Origin: a virus
Reading direction: 5' to 3' (one strand)
IMG/VR virus record: IMGVR_UViG_3300035698_012504
Coordinates: 186,694-250,693 of that record
DNA: 64,000 bases
The notes under the pieces are model-generated. The model was not told the DNA's origin, did no database searches, and was given only the letters and a program-made list of their open reading frames with translations. The translations under genes were made by a program, and so were the position numbers. Positions 18,908 to 26,689 of the stretch are shown in pieces. The stretch's first letter is position 1; each line of letters starts with the position of its first letter.

Positions 18908-19471
18908 ATGGAAGTCACTGGCTATACCATAAGAGAAGCATTAAAGTATTGGAATTTAAAATTAGAAGCATTGAGTGAACAGTTCCCAACAACAATCTTT
19001 GGATTTGAAGGCGACGAGGAAGCAGATCCAAGCGATTTATTTGTAGAAATAGTTGAGGCAGAATCAGCAATTGTAAGATTACAAACATTACAACAAAAGT
19101 ATAACCTTAGTATTGAGGTTATTATTAAAGATACTAATCAACATCGCTCTGTTATGCCATTGGCAACAGCCATAAAAATAGCTGGGTATATGGGGAGATT
19201 TGAAAAACTATGGAAAACTTCCATGTCTACTTCTAAGGGTAGAGGCATGTTTGGAGAACGATTTGGGGGAGGCGGTGCCGAGACCAGGAAGGTAGACGAC
19301 ATGGTAGCCAAACGGAGAATCTCAATCGTGGCATGTAGAAATAATTCATTAAGCTTTTCTAAACTTGCAAGTGCCTGTAGATCTGTTATTGCAGAAGCAA
19401 ATGGTACCGCTGTAACTCTCGGAGAGGGAGAGTTCGTAGGTTTTGACGACTCATTGTTCAGTGTCCTCTAG
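18908..19471 (+). CDS. Hypothetical protein
   Basis: 187-aa ORF. Confidence 0.4.
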   Translation: MEVTGYTIREALKYWNLKLEALSEQFPTTIFGFEGDEEADPSDLFVEIVEAESAIVRLQTLQQKYNLSIEVIIKDTNQHRSVMPLATAIKIAGYMGRFEKLWKTSMSTSKGRGMFGERFGGGGAETRKVDDMVAKRRISIVACRNNSLSFSKLASACRSVIAEANGTAVTLGEGEFVGFDDSLFSVL

Positions 19472-19735
19472 GATTACTGGATGATGACGAGTCCGCTGAG
19501 ACGTTGAAAACCTCCTTGGTCAAAGGAATATACCTCCACTGGTCATCCGTATCACCGATGCTCACAAACCAGCCCGCATGATTCTTGAAGAGCGGAACTT
19601 AACTGGTACCAATAAAAGGTGTAGACGAGACCAATTCCTAGCTCATTGCTGTTCAACGTCTCAGCAACTTTTTTAATTCGTCTGTAAAATGTATGTATAT
19701 AGAAGGGATTTAGATTTTGAAAAAAAGGAGAAAGA

Positions 19736-20971
19736 ATGTTTAAGAAGATTATGTCGTTGGTATTAGTTTCGTTCATGGTAATCAGTTTAACTGCTGCAGC
19801 ACAATCATATGATTACTCACATAGAAAATCATCTGCTACCATCGAGGTAACAGATTTGAGTGGTAATGCTGCGCCCGGCGTGAGTGTAGAAGTCACACAG
19901 ACCGGTCACGAGTTCCTATTTGGTATGGGTCCAGGAGTATTCTATAAACCAGAACTCCTGGATAAAGTTGATGATGTCTTCAACAATGCTACACTCGGGT
20001 TGTATTGGTCTAGCTTAGAAAGCCCACAAGGTACCTATAAGTTTCCAACACTTCAGATCCAGGTAGATTGGTGCAAGACAAGAGGGTGGCCTATGAAAGG
20101 ACATCCAATTCTTTATACTATAGCACAACCAACATGGGGCGCTACGCCAGAAGCACAAATAGAACATATTAATAAACTATTAAATGAATATGCAGATGAC
20201 TTTATGTTCTGGGATACGGTGAACGAACCTATTAATAATCCTGGAATAGATATAGGATCTGTTCATTCTTATATAAGAACATTACCATACAATGACTTGA
20301 AGATAGGAATTAATGAATATGGAATCCTTGGTGGTTGGTTGAATCTTGCTACTATACTGAAAGGTGTTGGAAGCCAATTTGACTATGACTATGTAGGAAT
20401 TCAGTCTCATATTCCAGACGATAAAGAATATGATATTAATTATATAAAATCAAAGATAGAAGAATTTAATGATCTTGGAAAACCTATTCACATTAGTGAA
20501 GTATCTGTTCAGTCCGCTGGTGGAATTTGGAATGAAACCAATCAAGCAGACTATGCAGAGAAATTATATAGATTGTATTTCTCAATACCCTCAGTAGAAG
20601 TTATTACCTGGTGGAGCATTCCAGATGGAGATCCTTGGAAACCTACGATTGGATTATTCAGAACGAATGGTACATCGAAGCCAGCATTCGATAGATTGAA
20701 AAATCTTATTACAAATGAATGGTATACTAAATTAACAGTTGAATCTAATAGTGAAGGTAAAGTAATATTTAATGGGTTCCGTGGCAATTATAAAATATTG
20801 GTAGAAGACGTAGAGGTTCCGCTTACTTTAGATAAGAGTAATCCTACTGTTACAGTCGCGGTTGCTGTTGAAGTAGTTGAACCAGAACCCGATCCTGAAC
20901 CGGATCCGGAACCAGTTCCAGAACCAAAACCAAGGAAAAGATGGTGGAAATTCTGGAGATGGGGTAGATAG
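19736..20971 (+). CDS. Secreted glycoside hydrolase (clan GH-A, GH5/GH26-like) with Pro-Glu repeat linker and Trp/Arg-rich C-terminal tail
   Basis: N-terminal signal peptide MFKKIMSLVLVSFMVISLTAAAQS. VNEP catalytic acid/base motif and ISEVSV nucleophile motif. C-terminus EPEPDPEPDPEPVPEPKPRKRWWKFWRWGR. Confidence 0.6.
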   Translation: MFKKIMSLVLVSFMVISLTAAAQSYDYSHRKSSATIEVTDLSGNAAPGVSVEVTQTGHEFLFGMGPGVFYKPELLDKVDDVFNNATLGLYWSSLESPQGTYKFPTLQIQVDWCKTRGWPMKGHPILYTIAQPTWGATPEAQIEHINKLLNEYADDFMFWDTVNEPINNPGIDIGSVHSYIRTLPYNDLKIGINEYGILGGWLNLATILKGVGSQFDYDYVGIQSHIPDDKEYDINYIKSKIEEFNDLGKPIHISEVSVQSAGGIWNETNQADYAEKLYRLYFSIPSVEVITWWSIPDGDPWKPTIGLFRTNGTSKPAFDRLKNLITNEWYTKLTVESNSEGKVIFNGFRGNYKILVEDVEVPLTLDKSNPTVTVAVAVEVVEPEPDPEPDPEPVPEPKPRKRWWKFWRWGR

Positions 20972-20975
20972 ATAG

Positions 20976-21347
20976 ATGGAATACTTTACCATGGGAAGTG
21001 ATCATGTTTATCCATTGGGGGAAAAATTCGTAGTGGATTACTATATCTCTGGTACTTGTTCCACTGGCAAAGCCTATAGGCTCCTTGAGACATTAATTAA
21101 TACATTGACGTTCGTTAGAACATATGACCGGAGTTATAAACGACAACAATTAATTTTATTAAAGACATGGCACGACAGAATATGGAATGCTATTGAGTTA
21201 GGATATATTGATAATAAGACTGATGACGATTTAAGAATATTTCTTCCTTCTGAAATGCATCCCAAGAGGGATAAAAAAGTTCGAATGGATTTTCTAAGGG
21301 ATCAGTTACACCGACTGATCTCTGAAAACGCAGGGCTTATAATTTAG
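20976..21347 (+). CDS. Hypothetical protein
   Basis: 123-aa ORF. Confidence 0.35.
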   Translation: MEYFTMGSDHVYPLGEKFVVDYYISGTCSTGKAYRLLETLINTLTFVRTYDRSYKRQQLILLKTWHDRIWNAIELGYIDNKTDDDLRIFLPSEMHPKRDKKVRMDFLRDQLHRLISENAGLII

Positions 21348-21355
21348 GAGGAAAG

Positions 21356-21490
21356 ATGGATATACATCCTGTCCAGAAGAAAAAAGGATTTACATTAATA
21401 GAATTGATAATTGTTGTTGCCATCCTTGGAATATTAGCACTCGGGGCAATTGTCGCTGGTGTTATATTGTTTATGTTCATTCTTTCATAA
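21356..21490 (+). CDS. 44-aa prepilin-like peptide (type IV pilin/pseudopilin N-terminal motif)
   Basis: This ORF is absent from the track because it is under 60 aa. A strong RBS AGGAGGAAAG precedes the ATG. It translates to MDIHPVQKKKGFTLIELIIVVAILGILALGAIVAGVILFMFILS, which carries the G-FTLIELIIVVAI signature of prepilin cleavage/methylation domains. Confidence 0.45.
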   Translation: MDIHPVQKKKGFTLIELIIVVAILGILALGAIVAGVILFMFILS

Positions 21491-21594
21491 AGGAGATTAA
21501 TGCAGTATTGTATTGGTTGTGGATTACCAATTCGCGAAGGATTTGTGAATTGTATAAAATGTAAAATAAAAGAAACTAATGAGGAGAAAGTGGA

Positions 21595-21978
21595 ATGCCT
21601 AGAGGTAGACCGGCAAAATTAATGACCGCAGATTTAGAAAAATTTAACAAAAAATTACAGGCTACTTTGGTTAGAAAATTAGAATCAGATGATAGTGATA
21701 ACGAATCACTTATCGAATTAGCGATGGCTGGTAGATTTCTACATCAAGTAGACCAAAGAGATTCTGGAAAAATTTCAATAGAGTTGAGAAAAGTTGATGG
21801 ATCGGTTGCACATACTTTATACATTGAACCTGAAGATAGTGAATTACTAGCAGAGTTGATGGCAGATGATGCCAATGAAGTCCTAGTAACGAGTACTAAT
21901 CCTCCTAGCGATACTGAGATCCTTAGTGAAATCATGGCGGAAGATAAAGACTCAATAGACGAAGAGGTTCCCATCTAG
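21595..21978 (+). CDS. Acidic hypothetical protein
   Basis: 127-aa ORF with an RBS-like GAGGAGAAAG. Confidence 0.4.
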   Translation: MPRGRPAKLMTADLEKFNKKLQATLVRKLESDDSDNESLIELAMAGRFLHQVDQRDSGKISIELRKVDGSVAHTLYIEPEDSELLAELMADDANEVLVTSTNPPSDTEILSEIMAEDKDSIDEEVPI

Positions 21979-22000
21979 AGGAACTTAATGTTTTTGTTTT

Positions 22001-22134
22001 GGAGGAGTAGCTCAGTTGGTAGAGCGCATGCCCGTAAAAATGCCCTATTCGATATTTTCCCCTTCAAGGGTTATGAGGAACAGGGTTACTTCGCAAAAAG
22101 CAAGAGGTCGCCAGTTCGAGTCTGGTCTCCTCCA
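22001..22134 (+). tRNA. tRNA gene with a ~60-nt insertion in the anticodon-loop region (candidate intron). Anticodon tentatively GTA (Tyr) if the insertion sits at the canonical 37/38 position.
   Basis: Perfect acceptor stem ggaggag/ctcctcc. Canonical D arm tagctcagttggtagagc and T arm gccagttcgagtctggt. Between them lie 75 nt instead of 17+5, namely catgc-ccgtaaa-[60 nt]-a-gcaag. Confidence 0.5.
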
Positions 22135-22192
22135 AAACAATTTATTTAAATAATATATTAAAAGAATTTAAAATTCTTTTATATTAAAAATT

Positions 22193-22208
22193 TTTAGGAC
22201 AAATAAAA
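22193..22208 (+). promoter_or_regulatory. Promoter-like motif (GGACAAA core) upstream of tRNA-Asn
   Basis: tttaggacaaataaaa. Confidence 0.35.
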
Positions 22209-22211
22209 AGA

Positions 22212-22287
22212 TCCGGGGTAGCTCAGTTGGTAGAGCGGGTGGCTGTTAACCATCAGGTCGCAAGTTCGAACCTTGCTCCCGGAGCCA
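22212..22287 (+). tRNA. tRNA-Asn (anticodon GTT)
   Basis: tccgggg/tcccgga acceptor, tagctcagttggtagagc, ggtgg-ctgttaa-ccatc, gcaagttcgaaccttgc, discriminator G, CCA. Confidence 0.8.
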
Positions 22288-22315
22288 TTTTTAAAGAGAG
22301 GGAGATTGGAGAGTT

Positions 22316-22594
22316 ATGGCTACAACTAGAGAAGATATCCAAAGCTGGATAGACGAATCAGGTGATAACCAATTTCTAATGATTGTATGTGATACATTTG
22401 ATTGGGAAGATTATCCAGTTAGAGTAAACGATGAAGCTCATTTAATTTCAGAAGTAAAAAGAATTAGGTCTGTTGGTATGCAGAAGATAATGGAAGTATA
22501 TAATCTCTCTGGAGACGTACCAAAACAACTTAGTCAACATAGATCTTGTGAAGTTCCCAGATCTGTTCTTGACGAAACCGGAGCTATACTCTAA
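22316..22594 (+). CDS. Hypothetical protein
   Basis: 92-aa ORF. Confidence 0.35.
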   Translation: MATTREDIQSWIDESGDNQFLMIVCDTFDWEDYPVRVNDEAHLISEVKRIRSVGMQKIMEVYNLSGDVPKQLSQHRSCEVPRSVLDETGAIL

Positions 22595-23253
22595 TGGAAA
22601 TGTCTGATATTCTTTACGCCCCAACCATTGCAGATGATAGAGATCGGGAAATATTTACAGCATTTGAATTATTCATACACGATTGTATATTCGGTGGGTC
22701 ACTAATCGAAGCAGCAGCAAATAGACATTTTCATACAATCTTTCCTAATTGTAATGCTTATGCGACAGCAGTAAGATACTTCAAACCCAGTATATCATTA
22801 TTAATAAACCATCTAGCTTTTAGACATGCGCTCGAAACGTATGCTAAAACTAAGAATTTTGAAGCTTGTAAAACAAATGTATGGAAATCAGTACCCGGTA
22901 ATACATATAATACATACACTGGATATACTTTTAAAGATATAGTAGGTGCAACTAATAATTACTGGTTGAATACAAGATGTAAGAGTTATATAGAATTATT
23001 TGAGATATATGGATCTGTTATAAGAAGAATAGAAGACGATGCTATTGAGCGCGGCCTACATCCACAATATGCTCCACATGTAAAAAATATGAGAGGCATT
23101 TATTACATTAGTAAAATTCTTCTTGGTGCCTATGGTGCTTACGAGGTAATGGATAAGATGAGAAATATAGCACTACTGTTTTCAAACGGAAGAAGTACAG
23201 ATGTAATTATGAAACACTTCCTAAGTAAAGGAATTGTATTCGAAGACATTTAA
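22594..23253 (+). CDS. Hypothetical protein
   Basis: 219-aa ORF. Its start overlaps the stop of the previous ORF (ATGA). Confidence 0.4.
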   Translation: MEMSDILYAPTIADDRDREIFTAFELFIHDCIFGGSLIEAAANRHFHTIFPNCNAYATAVRYFKPSISLLINHLAFRHALETYAKTKNFEACKTNVWKSVPGNTYNTYTGYTFKDIVGATNNYWLNTRCKSYIELFEIYGSVIRRIEDDAIERGLHPQYAPHVKNMRGIYYISKILLGAYGAYEVMDKMRNIALLFSNGRSTDVIMKHFLSKGIVFEDI

Positions 23254-23271
23254 TGTAAGACATATTAAAAA

Positions 23272-23362
23272 GCCGGGGTCGCATAGTTGGTCGATTGCAC
23301 CGGACTTGTAATCCGGATGGCTTTACGCCGCATCGTAGGTTCGAATCCTACCCTCGGCTCCA
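23272..23362 (+). tRNA. Type-II-shaped tRNA (18-nt variable arm, 3-bp D stem) with anticodon TGT (Thr-decoding) and discriminator U
   Basis: gccgggg/cctcggc acceptor, ccgga-cttgtaa-tccgg anticodon arm, variable arm atggctttacgccgcatc, T arm gtaggttcgaatcctac, CCA encoded. Confidence 0.55.
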
Positions 23363-23441
23363 TTTTTAATATATATGTTCATCCAGAATCAACGGATTGA
23401 GATTGGGCAGGGTTGTTTAAAAGAAACAAGAGGTGATAAGT

Positions 23442-23747
23442 ATGAACGAGGCAGGGCCATGGAGATTCAAGTACCAGCTTTCTGAGGAGCAAATGAAAGC
23501 AGTAGGCACTGAAATACATAGAAAGATCCACGGGGAAATTATAACAATCGGAGTAGATAAAAATGATTCGATTGTGGAATTGATTGGAGACAAAGGCATG
23601 GAACTTCATCTTGTTGATGGGAATGGTCTGTCAAATAGCGAACTTGCTCTGCTGTTCCCAGTCGACCACTTGAAGATACTTGGAAAGTTATGTATCTTCG
23701 TTGGGTCTCTTATTGATATGGGAACAATTCCAAAGGCAACAATGTAG
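23442..23747 (+). CDS. Hypothetical protein
   Basis: ORF with RBS AAGAGGTGA before the ATG at 23442. Confidence 0.35.
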   Translation: MNEAGPWRFKYQLSEEQMKAVGTEIHRKIHGEIITIGVDKNDSIVELIGDKGMELHLVDGNGLSNSELALLFPVDHLKILGKLCIFVGSLIDMGTIPKATM

Positions 23748-23838
23748 ATTTCTCAGTGGGGGTGTGGTGGAATTGGCAGACACGCGAGACTCGTACGGTT
23801 ATCGCAATCATCAGTGTATTCCTGATTTGGACTATTAT

Positions 23839-23853
23839 TTTGAGGACAAACTC
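23839..23853 (+). promoter_or_regulatory. Promoter-like motif (GGACAAA core) upstream of an HNH gene
   Basis: ttttgaggacaaact. Confidence 0.35.
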
Positions 23854-23872
23854 TTAAAAGGAGAGTTCTCGA

Positions 23873-24463
23873 ATGAGTTGGAAATCCAAAGAAGAAAGAC
23901 GCTGTATTGATTGTGATAAAAAGGGTGTTGTAGAAAGAAGACGGTGTAAGGAATGTGTTAAAGAATACAATCGAGCGCGTGCGAAGGAAAGACACGCTCG
24001 GTTGGGAAGACACAATTATGGTATATCCACATGTCCTATATGTGGAAAACCCATGACAATGTGGAGAAAGACCCAGGCAACGCATGCTACATGTATACCT
24101 AAAACGACTGGGGATTATAACTTAGTCGGGAGGTCTCCATCTGGCAGAACATTGGGTCGACAGAAGATGATTGACGCTGGCGTCGATGTCCCAACCGAAT
24201 TCGTTGTTCACCATCTGGACGAAAATCCAGATAATAACGATCTTGGGAATTTGATAGCAGTGAGGCGGTCGTCACACACAACCCTACACAGAAATCTACA
24301 GTATCATAGGTCGCTGTTCCTGAAAGAGAACAGTAAGTATTCCGAGGATTGCTGGAAACCCCTTAGAGATCATCTAACCAAAGCATGGATGGAAACGTCG
24401 AGTGCGAAGGTTCTAAAAATAGATGATATTGGGCAATCAGCAGCCGAGCCTCTAAACTCCTAA
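23873..24463 (+). CDS. HNH endonuclease
   Basis: Cys-rich N-terminus, then VVHHLDENPDNNDLGNLIAVRRSSHTTLH (HNH motif). The GGACAAA promoter-like motif lies 25 nt upstream. Confidence 0.7.
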   Translation: MSWKSKEERRCIDCDKKGVVERRRCKECVKEYNRARAKERHARLGRHNYGISTCPICGKPMTMWRKTQATHATCIPKTTGDYNLVGRSPSGRTLGRQKMIDAGVDVPTEFVVHHLDENPDNNDLGNLIAVRRSSHTTLHRNLQYHRSLFLKENSKYSEDCWKPLRDHLTKAWMETSSAKVLKIDDIGQSAAEPLNS

Positions 24464-24600
24464 TAAGGAGCAAGAGGAAGGTTCAGAGGCCATGCACGGA
24501 ACACCTACGTCCAGATTGGATATGGTGAAGATATGGTCCAGACTTCAACAATCGATGTCTTTAGATTGGTTGGTGAAAGCCAATGAGGTATGTAAAATCT

Positions 24601-24645
24601 CGTGATCGCAAGATCGTGTGGGTTCGATTCCCACCATCCCTACCA
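24601..24645 (+). tRNA. tRNA 3' fragment: hairpin + T arm + 3' acceptor strand + CCA. No matching 5' half adjacent.
   Basis: cgtgatc-gcaa-gatcgtg hairpin, gtgggttcgattcccac T arm, catccct-a-cca. A possible 5' partner gggggtg lies about 840 nt upstream at 23768. Confidence 0.4.
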
Positions 24646-25065
24646 TTTTATATTATACCCAGTTGCCCATTTTCTAACTGCGTTATCTGAGACTTTGTAC
24701 TTTCTACCCAACGCCGAAAAAGAACTATTTCGAATTTCAAGTTCTAATATTTCTTTTGTTGGGCGTGATACTTTTCTTGGGCGAAGTTTACCACTACATG
24801 ATTTACATCTAACTGCACCTGCAGATATATGTTTATGACAATCAATACACACATTGATTTGTAATTTAGGTCTTACTTTAGATGTCTTTTGTTTGATCAC
24901 ATTTTTCCGACCCCTATATGTAGGTGTCTGTGCATGACAGTTCGGGCATATAATTCTTAAATTTTCCAATCTATTATCATTATTAATGCCATTAATATGA
25001 TCTAATTCCAGAGAGATAGGTTTATTATTCCATTCGGTTAGTCCACACATCTCACATACATACAA
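24640..25065 (-). CDS. HNH endonuclease
   Basis: DHINGINNDNRLENLRIICPNCHAQT HNH motif plus a C-terminal CxxC zinc ribbon. Confidence 0.7.
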   Translation of the reverse strand: MYVCEMCGLTEWNNKPISLELDHINGINNDNRLENLRIICPNCHAQTPTYRGRKNVIKQKTSKVRPKLQINVCIDCHKHISAGAVRCKSCSGKLRPRKVSRPTKEILELEIRNSSFSALGRKYKVSDNAVRKWATGYNIKW

Positions 25066-25299
25066 TTTAAACCCTTCTTTTATTAATCTCTCTCTAAGTT
25101 TAGACGAACTGATACTATTTCCTTTATTTGTTGAGAGCTTTACAAAATTCTATAATTCTCTTAATGTGGTGACTCTTGTTAAAACAGTAATATGTATTAT
25201 TGGAATTGGATTATATATTATGGCGGCGAGTAATCCAGATATACTGAAGCGTTCTCCACAAACCGAAGAGGTAATATCAACTGAAGAGGAACCTAATGT

Positions 25300-25713
25300 A
25301 TGAAAGTAATTCTGTTAGGCATCGTAGCTTTAGCAATTGCAGTGCTTCTCGTTATGAACAACAATGAAAAATTGAAGGGGTATCTTCAGAAAGCAAAAGA
25401 ATTTATTTCTAATGGTACAGATGGAATGATTGCTATATCGTTTGCATTGATATGTGTGAATTTACTTCAGTTTGTATACTGGGCTAGGTATTCAGAGATG
25501 TTATCTTTCTTCGTATTACCTTGTGTCCTCTTCTGTGTATTAGTTGGGGTAATTATATTATTCACATGTATGTATGCAGATCAAGAAAGAGAAGATCCAA
25601 TGAAACTTGTTCCCAAAGTATTAGTTGGTGTTATCGGAATAATAAGTCCCATCATATTCTCTCTTACACTTATAATAGATATAATGGTTAAGACATACGT
25701 AAACAGCTTGTAG
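25300..25713 (+). CDS. Small membrane protein (3-4 TM helices)
   Basis: 137-aa hydrophobic ORF. Confidence 0.4.
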   Translation: MKVILLGIVALAIAVLLVMNNNEKLKGYLQKAKEFISNGTDGMIAISFALICVNLLQFVYWARYSEMLSFFVLPCVLFCVLVGVIILFTCMYADQEREDPMKLVPKVLVGVIGIISPIIFSLTLIIDIMVKTYVNSL

Positions 25714-25718
25714 CTAAA

Positions 25719-25796
25719 TGAGGTGTAGCTCAATTGGATTAGAGCACCAGAATTTGGATCTGGATGTTGGAGGTTCGAGTCCTCCCACCTCATCCA
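25719..25796 (+). tRNA. tRNA-Gln (anticodon TTG)
   Basis: tgaggtg/cacctca acceptor (U1-A72), tagctcaattggattagagc, ccaga-atttgga-tctgg, ggaggttcgagtcctcc, CCA. Confidence 0.8.
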
Positions 25797-25826
25797 ACAC
25801 AACCCCCGAACCCAAGGAGAAGACAA

Positions 25827-26675
25827 GTGGCAATTAGAGGGAAAAACACTCAGCTCCTGGTCATCGATCCACAGGTGGACTTTTGTGATCCGACCGGAGC
25901 CCTATTTGTACCTGGCGCTGTGGAAGATTCAGTCCGCCTTGCGACAATGATCGACCGACTAGGAACCGGTATCAAAGATATCCACATTACACTGGATTCG
26001 CATACCCAACTTGACATTTCCCATATTATGTGGTGGAAGTATGTGGATGGCCAAGCAGTCAAGCCGTTCACCGTAGTCATTACGCGGCATGGTCGGATAT
26101 ACGGAATGGAGATCAACCTGACGGATGGTTCTCTTGGACCGGAACGCGAACTCATCACGGCGGCTCCCTTCGCGGCGCAGAGGACTCTCGACTATCTGGA
26201 AGCTCTCGAGAAGAGCGGGCGGTATGGTCACACAATCTGGCCGGATCACTGCATCATCGGATCAGTGGGTCACAGCATAACCCAATCCATCTTCGATGCC
26301 GTTCTTGGTTGGGAACAGAAGATCTTCGGTAGAGCCCAGCGAGTCGTGAAAGGCTCCAACATCTGGACCGAACACTTCGGTATCGTCAAGGCTGAGGTGC
26401 CCGATGACACCGACAGCTCGACACAAGTCAACACGAAGCTCATCGATATCTTGATTGCCGCAGACGAAGTGTTTCTTGCCGGGCAAGCGTCCACCCATTG
26501 CGTGGCAAATTCCGTGATGGACATCGCAGATGAATTCGGTGACGAGAACATTCACAAGCTCATCCTTCTCGAAGATGCGACTTCACCCGTTCCCGGATTC
26601 GATGCCCTGGAAGCTGACTTCAAAGCGAAAATGACTGCGCGGGGCATGCAGTCCGCCAAAACCACAGACGTATAA
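25827..26675 (+). CDS. pncA: Nicotinamidase / pyrazinamidase (isochorismatase-fold, PncA-like)
   Basis: GTG start after RBS AAGGAGA. The stretch LLVIDPQVDFCDPTGALFVPGA matches the PncA N-terminus (LLVDLQNDFC..GALAV). Conserved Cys context GQASTHCVANS. GC-rich gene. Confidence 0.7.
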   Translation: MAIRGKNTQLLVIDPQVDFCDPTGALFVPGAVEDSVRLATMIDRLGTGIKDIHITLDSHTQLDISHIMWWKYVDGQAVKPFTVVITRHGRIYGMEINLTDGSLGPERELITAAPFAAQRTLDYLEALEKSGRYGHTIWPDHCIIGSVGHSITQSIFDAVLGWEQKIFGRAQRVVKGSNIWTEHFGIVKAEVPDDTDSSTQVNTKLIDILIAADEVFLAGQASTHCVANSVMDIADEFGDENIHKLILLEDATSPVPGFDALEADFKAKMTARGMQSAKTTDV

Positions 26676-26689
26676 GGAGACAGATACAA

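Noticed and set aside
24601-24618. Hairpin cgtgatc-gcaa-gatcgtg as an anticodon arm
   Set aside because: A 7-bp stem with a 4-nt GNRA loop cannot be an anticodon arm. It is interpreted as a variable-arm-like hairpin of a tRNA fragment.
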